Shown here in pieces: positions 44,237-46,602 of a stretch of 46,602 bases of DNA. Position numbers and translations under genes: made by a program. Location of the stretch: IMG/VR virus record IMGVR_UViG_2724679140_000012; one strand, given 5' to 3'. The stretch comes from a virus. Lineage: Duplodnaviria > Heunggongvirae > Uroviricota > Caudoviricetes. Each line of letters starts with the position of its first letter. The stretch's first letter is position 1. A model generated the notes under the pieces. That model ran no database searches. It was given only the letters and a program-made list of their open reading frames with translations, and was not told the origin of the DNA.

Positions 44237-45462
44237 CGATATTAAATACGGCTGTTCCTGATGTAACCATCACTGAAAACGGCCTTTCAGTCCCCGATAT
44301 AGCAGATGTATTGGCGGGAAGACTTACAGACATGTCAACGGCCCTTGGCGGTGGCGCAAGTCAGTCACTGAGTTCACCGCAAGGGCAGATCGCCCAGTCT
44401 GACACTGAAATTATCGCTCAGGAATACGACAAGCTTCTTTGTTTGTTTAATCAAATTAATCCTGACTTTTCAACTGGCAGATTCCAGGACGGGATTGGCC
44501 GGATTTACTTTATGGAACGGATCGCTGCTCAGGGGACAGTTGTTACGGCAACATGCATTGGTCAGGTTGGAACGACAATCCCCGCGGGAAGCACAGCCAT
44601 TGATACCAATGGATATATTTACCGGTCTATCGACATCGCAACAATACCAGCATCAGGAAGCATTGATGTTCAGTTTGTAAATAACACAACCGGACCAATA
44701 CCCTGTGCAGCAGGTGCATTAAATCAGATTTACCGTGCAGTATCTGGATGGGATGCGATCACAAACGCGAGCCCAGGCGTTGTTGGCGTTGATGTTGAAT
44801 CACGTATTGCATTTGAAACACGTCGCAAGCAGTCGGTCGCGAGAAATAGCCGCAATCAGGACGCATCGACACTATCTGCCTTGCTGGCTACGAATGGTGT
44901 GCTGGATGCCTATGTATGGTCAAACAGAACTGCAGCCACAGTAAATCAGGGAGCTACTAACTTCCCTGTGGTGGCGCACTCTATTTACATCTGTGTGTAT
45001 GGTGGAACTGATGAGGATGTAGCGGAGTCAATTTTCCAGACGTACAACCCTGGAGCAAATCTGAACGGAGATACCTCGTACACGGTTTACGACAATGTTA
45101 ACTATCTACCTCCATACCCTTCCTATGTAATGCAGTGGCAAAAAGCAACTCCGACGAGGGTTTATTTTAGCGTTGAGCTGGATAGCTCTCTTAATCCACC
45201 TAGTGATATCACATCACAAGTGAAAAGCATGATCGTATCAGTTTTCAATGGTGGTTATGAGGGGATCGGGAAGGCAAGGATAGGCTCTACCATTAACGCC
45301 GGTAAGTATTATGCTCCGGTTATTTCAATATCACCTGACACCGTTGGGATTTTATCGCTTGAAGTCTCCATTGATGGATCAGCCTATGGGCCAGCAATAA
45401 CAATGGGTATCGACCAGGTTCCGACAATTCAGGAATCAGATATTACCGTAACTCTATCGTGA
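44233..45462 (+). CDS. Baseplate J-like protein, 409 aa
   Basis: Size and position in V-W-J-I order. Confidence 0.7.
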   Translation: MTILNTAVPDVTITENGLSVPDIADVLAGRLTDMSTALGGGASQSLSSPQGQIAQSDTEIIAQEYDKLLCLFNQINPDFSTGRFQDGIGRIYFMERIAAQGTVVTATCIGQVGTTIPAGSTAIDTNGYIYRSIDIATIPASGSIDVQFVNNTTGPIPCAAGALNQIYRAVSGWDAITNASPGVVGVDVESRIAFETRRKQSVARNSRNQDASTLSALLATNGVLDAYVWSNRTAATVNQGATNFPVVAHSIYICVYGGTDEDVAESIFQTYNPGANLNGDTSYTVYDNVNYLPPYPSYVMQWQKATPTRVYFSVELDSSLNPPSDITSQVKSMIVSVFNGGYEGIGKARIGSTINAGKYYAPVISISPDTVGILSLEVSIDGSAYGPAITMGIDQVPTIQESDITVTLS

Positions 45463-45472
45463 GGGGTGAGGT

Positions 45473-46111
45473 ATGTGGGAAGACACAATACTTACCCAAT
45501 ACTCAGCAAGTAAAAAATTATTGTCCATCATAGACACATTTAACCAGGCTGTGAGTCTTGATGATTTCACTGAGGAATTCATTAAAAAGGTATGGGATTT
45601 AACTACCTGCGAAACATTCGGGCTTGATATGTGGGGGAAAATTGTTGGCATAAGCAGATATATTGTTGCGCCAATAGATAGCGATTCATTTGGATTTAGC
45701 GAAGCAGATGATGGGAGTACTGATTACCCGGCACCATTTAATAATTCTCCGTTTTACGGCGGCATTCAGAAAACAACGAATGTCAGGCTTGGGGATGATG
45801 CTTACAGAACATTAATACTCTGCAAGGCTTTTACTAACATCAGTGTGGCAACCATTCCTGATATAAATAAATTCCTTAAAATACTTTTTTATCAACGAGG
45901 CAGAGCATATTGTGTCAATTACAGAGATATGACCATTGGTATAAATTTTGAGTTCTCACTTGCTCCCTACGAAGAATCGATTTTAACAAATTACGATGTG
46001 ACTCCTGTACCAAGTGGAGTTCAGGTAAATATCAAACAAATTGTAAGCCCATACTTTGGTTTTGCTACAGATGCATATCCATTTAATGACGGCACATTTT
46101 ATAGGAATTAA
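45473..46111 (+). CDS. Putative baseplate protein (P2 gpI-like), 212 aa
   Basis: Position between J-like and tail-fibre genes. Confidence 0.6.
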   Translation: MWEDTILTQYSASKKLLSIIDTFNQAVSLDDFTEEFIKKVWDLTTCETFGLDMWGKIVGISRYIVAPIDSDSFGFSEADDGSTDYPAPFNNSPFYGGIQKTTNVRLGDDAYRTLILCKAFTNISVATIPDINKFLKILFYQRGRAYCVNYRDMTIGINFEFSLAPYEESILTNYDVTPVPSGVQVNIKQIVSPYFGFATDAYPFNDGTFYRN

Positions 46112-46113
46112 GC

Positions 46114-46602
46114 ATGAATCGTTCTGACTCACCTAAAAAACAACCTAAGCCATTTGGAGTTAATGGACAGAGAGGGGCAATATTGCCAACCACCCCTGCA
46201 GGTGATAACTCAGCATCGTATGAACAGGGGTTTCCTCCAATAACAATGATCCTGAAATCTGCTGGCGGTTTGCCGCCAAAAGGCCAGGATATGAACCAAA
46301 TTTTATACGAACTTTCTGCTCTGGGGAGGTGGTCGAGCACCGGGGCGCTGAATACTTTTGATTCTGAATTTGCTTCGGAGATTTCTGGATATCCGTCAGG
46401 GGCGATGCTCATCTCAGACGATGGGGAAAAAATATTCATTAATACAACAGAAGGAAATCTATCTGATCCTAACAACAATGGCTCCGGGTGGAAAGATGCT
46501 TTTTCATATCTTGGTTTGGGAACGGCGGCAACGAGTAACATTGGAACAGGTACCGGGCAAGTACCAGATATGAGTAGTTTCACAACGGGGTACTCTGGAG
46601 CA
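46114..46602 (+). CDS. Tail fibre protein, N-terminal part (3' end beyond window)
   Basis: ATG at 46114, open to the window end (163 codons without stop); position after baseplate I-like gene. Confidence 0.6.
   Translation, partial: MNRSDSPKKQPKPFGVNGQRGAILPTTPAGDNSASYEQGFPPITMILKSAGGLPPKGQDMNQILYELSALGRWSSTGALNTFDSEFASEISGYPSGAMLISDDGEKIFINTTEGNLSDPNNNGSGWKDAFSYLGLGTAATSNIGTGTGQVPDMSSFTTGYSGA

Larger units (their letters stand above)
1331..46602. mobile_element. Mosaic lambdoid prophage (left end at attL; right end lies beyond the window)
   Basis: attL, int, xis, N, cI, cro, O/helicase, nin, Q, lysis and structural genes in canonical lambdoid order; last gene is a 3'-truncated tail fibre ORF. 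Confidence 0.95.

Noticed and set aside
46083-46583. Minus-strand ORF 46083..46583
   Set aside because: Antisense to the tail-fibre reading frame that continues the baseplate operon; the plus frame from ATG 46114 is open to the window end
1-46602. tRNA, rRNA or tmRNA genes
   Set aside because: No cloverleaf-like conserved elements were apparent by eye, and integration is at the intergenic lambda attB rather than a tRNA gene; a tRNAscan-SE run would be needed to be certain

Overview
This window is the left ~45 kb of a mosaic lambdoid prophage integrated at the lambda attachment site next to host gene ybhC (1..1284, minus strand). The attL junction carries the lambda core GCTTTTTTATACTAA (1331-1345) and P' arm, followed by lambda-type int and xis. 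The minus-strand early-left operon holds accessory genes (DUF551 protein, Ea22-like proteins, an exported protein), a Sak4-like ATPase with an SSB-like partner in place of the Red genes, kil, and a P22-type N antiterminator with a P22-type nutL boxB. The immunity region is cI (12434..13141), then a two-gene cassette (126-aa and 33-aa ORFs) sitting between cI and pL, with cro and cII on the plus strand. Replication genes are an O-like initiator with in-gene iterons and a DnaB-family helicase that carries a 343-aa LAGLIDADG intein in its P-loop and an in-frame TGA near its 5' end. These are followed by a nin region (ninB, ninE, ninF, rusA, ninH, plus inserted genes), lambda-like Q with pR'/tR', and a lysis cassette (two-TM holin, SAR endolysin, Rz/Rz1). 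The late region encodes terminase, portal, MuF-like protein, capsid genes and a contractile tail (sheath, tube, chaperone pair with a candidate -1 frameshift site, tape measure with SLT domain, P2-like baseplate V-W-J-I, partial tail fibre). Between the tape-measure and baseplate genes sits an immI-like switch (mnt-like, arc-like, ant-like) and three AT-rich minus-strand genes downstream of mnt. The most likely places for an undescribed system are the cI-adjacent cassette and the mnt-linked operon, but I cannot assign either a function from sequence. All family names rest on recalled motifs and gene order, not on database searches. No tRNA, rRNA or CRISPR array was found.
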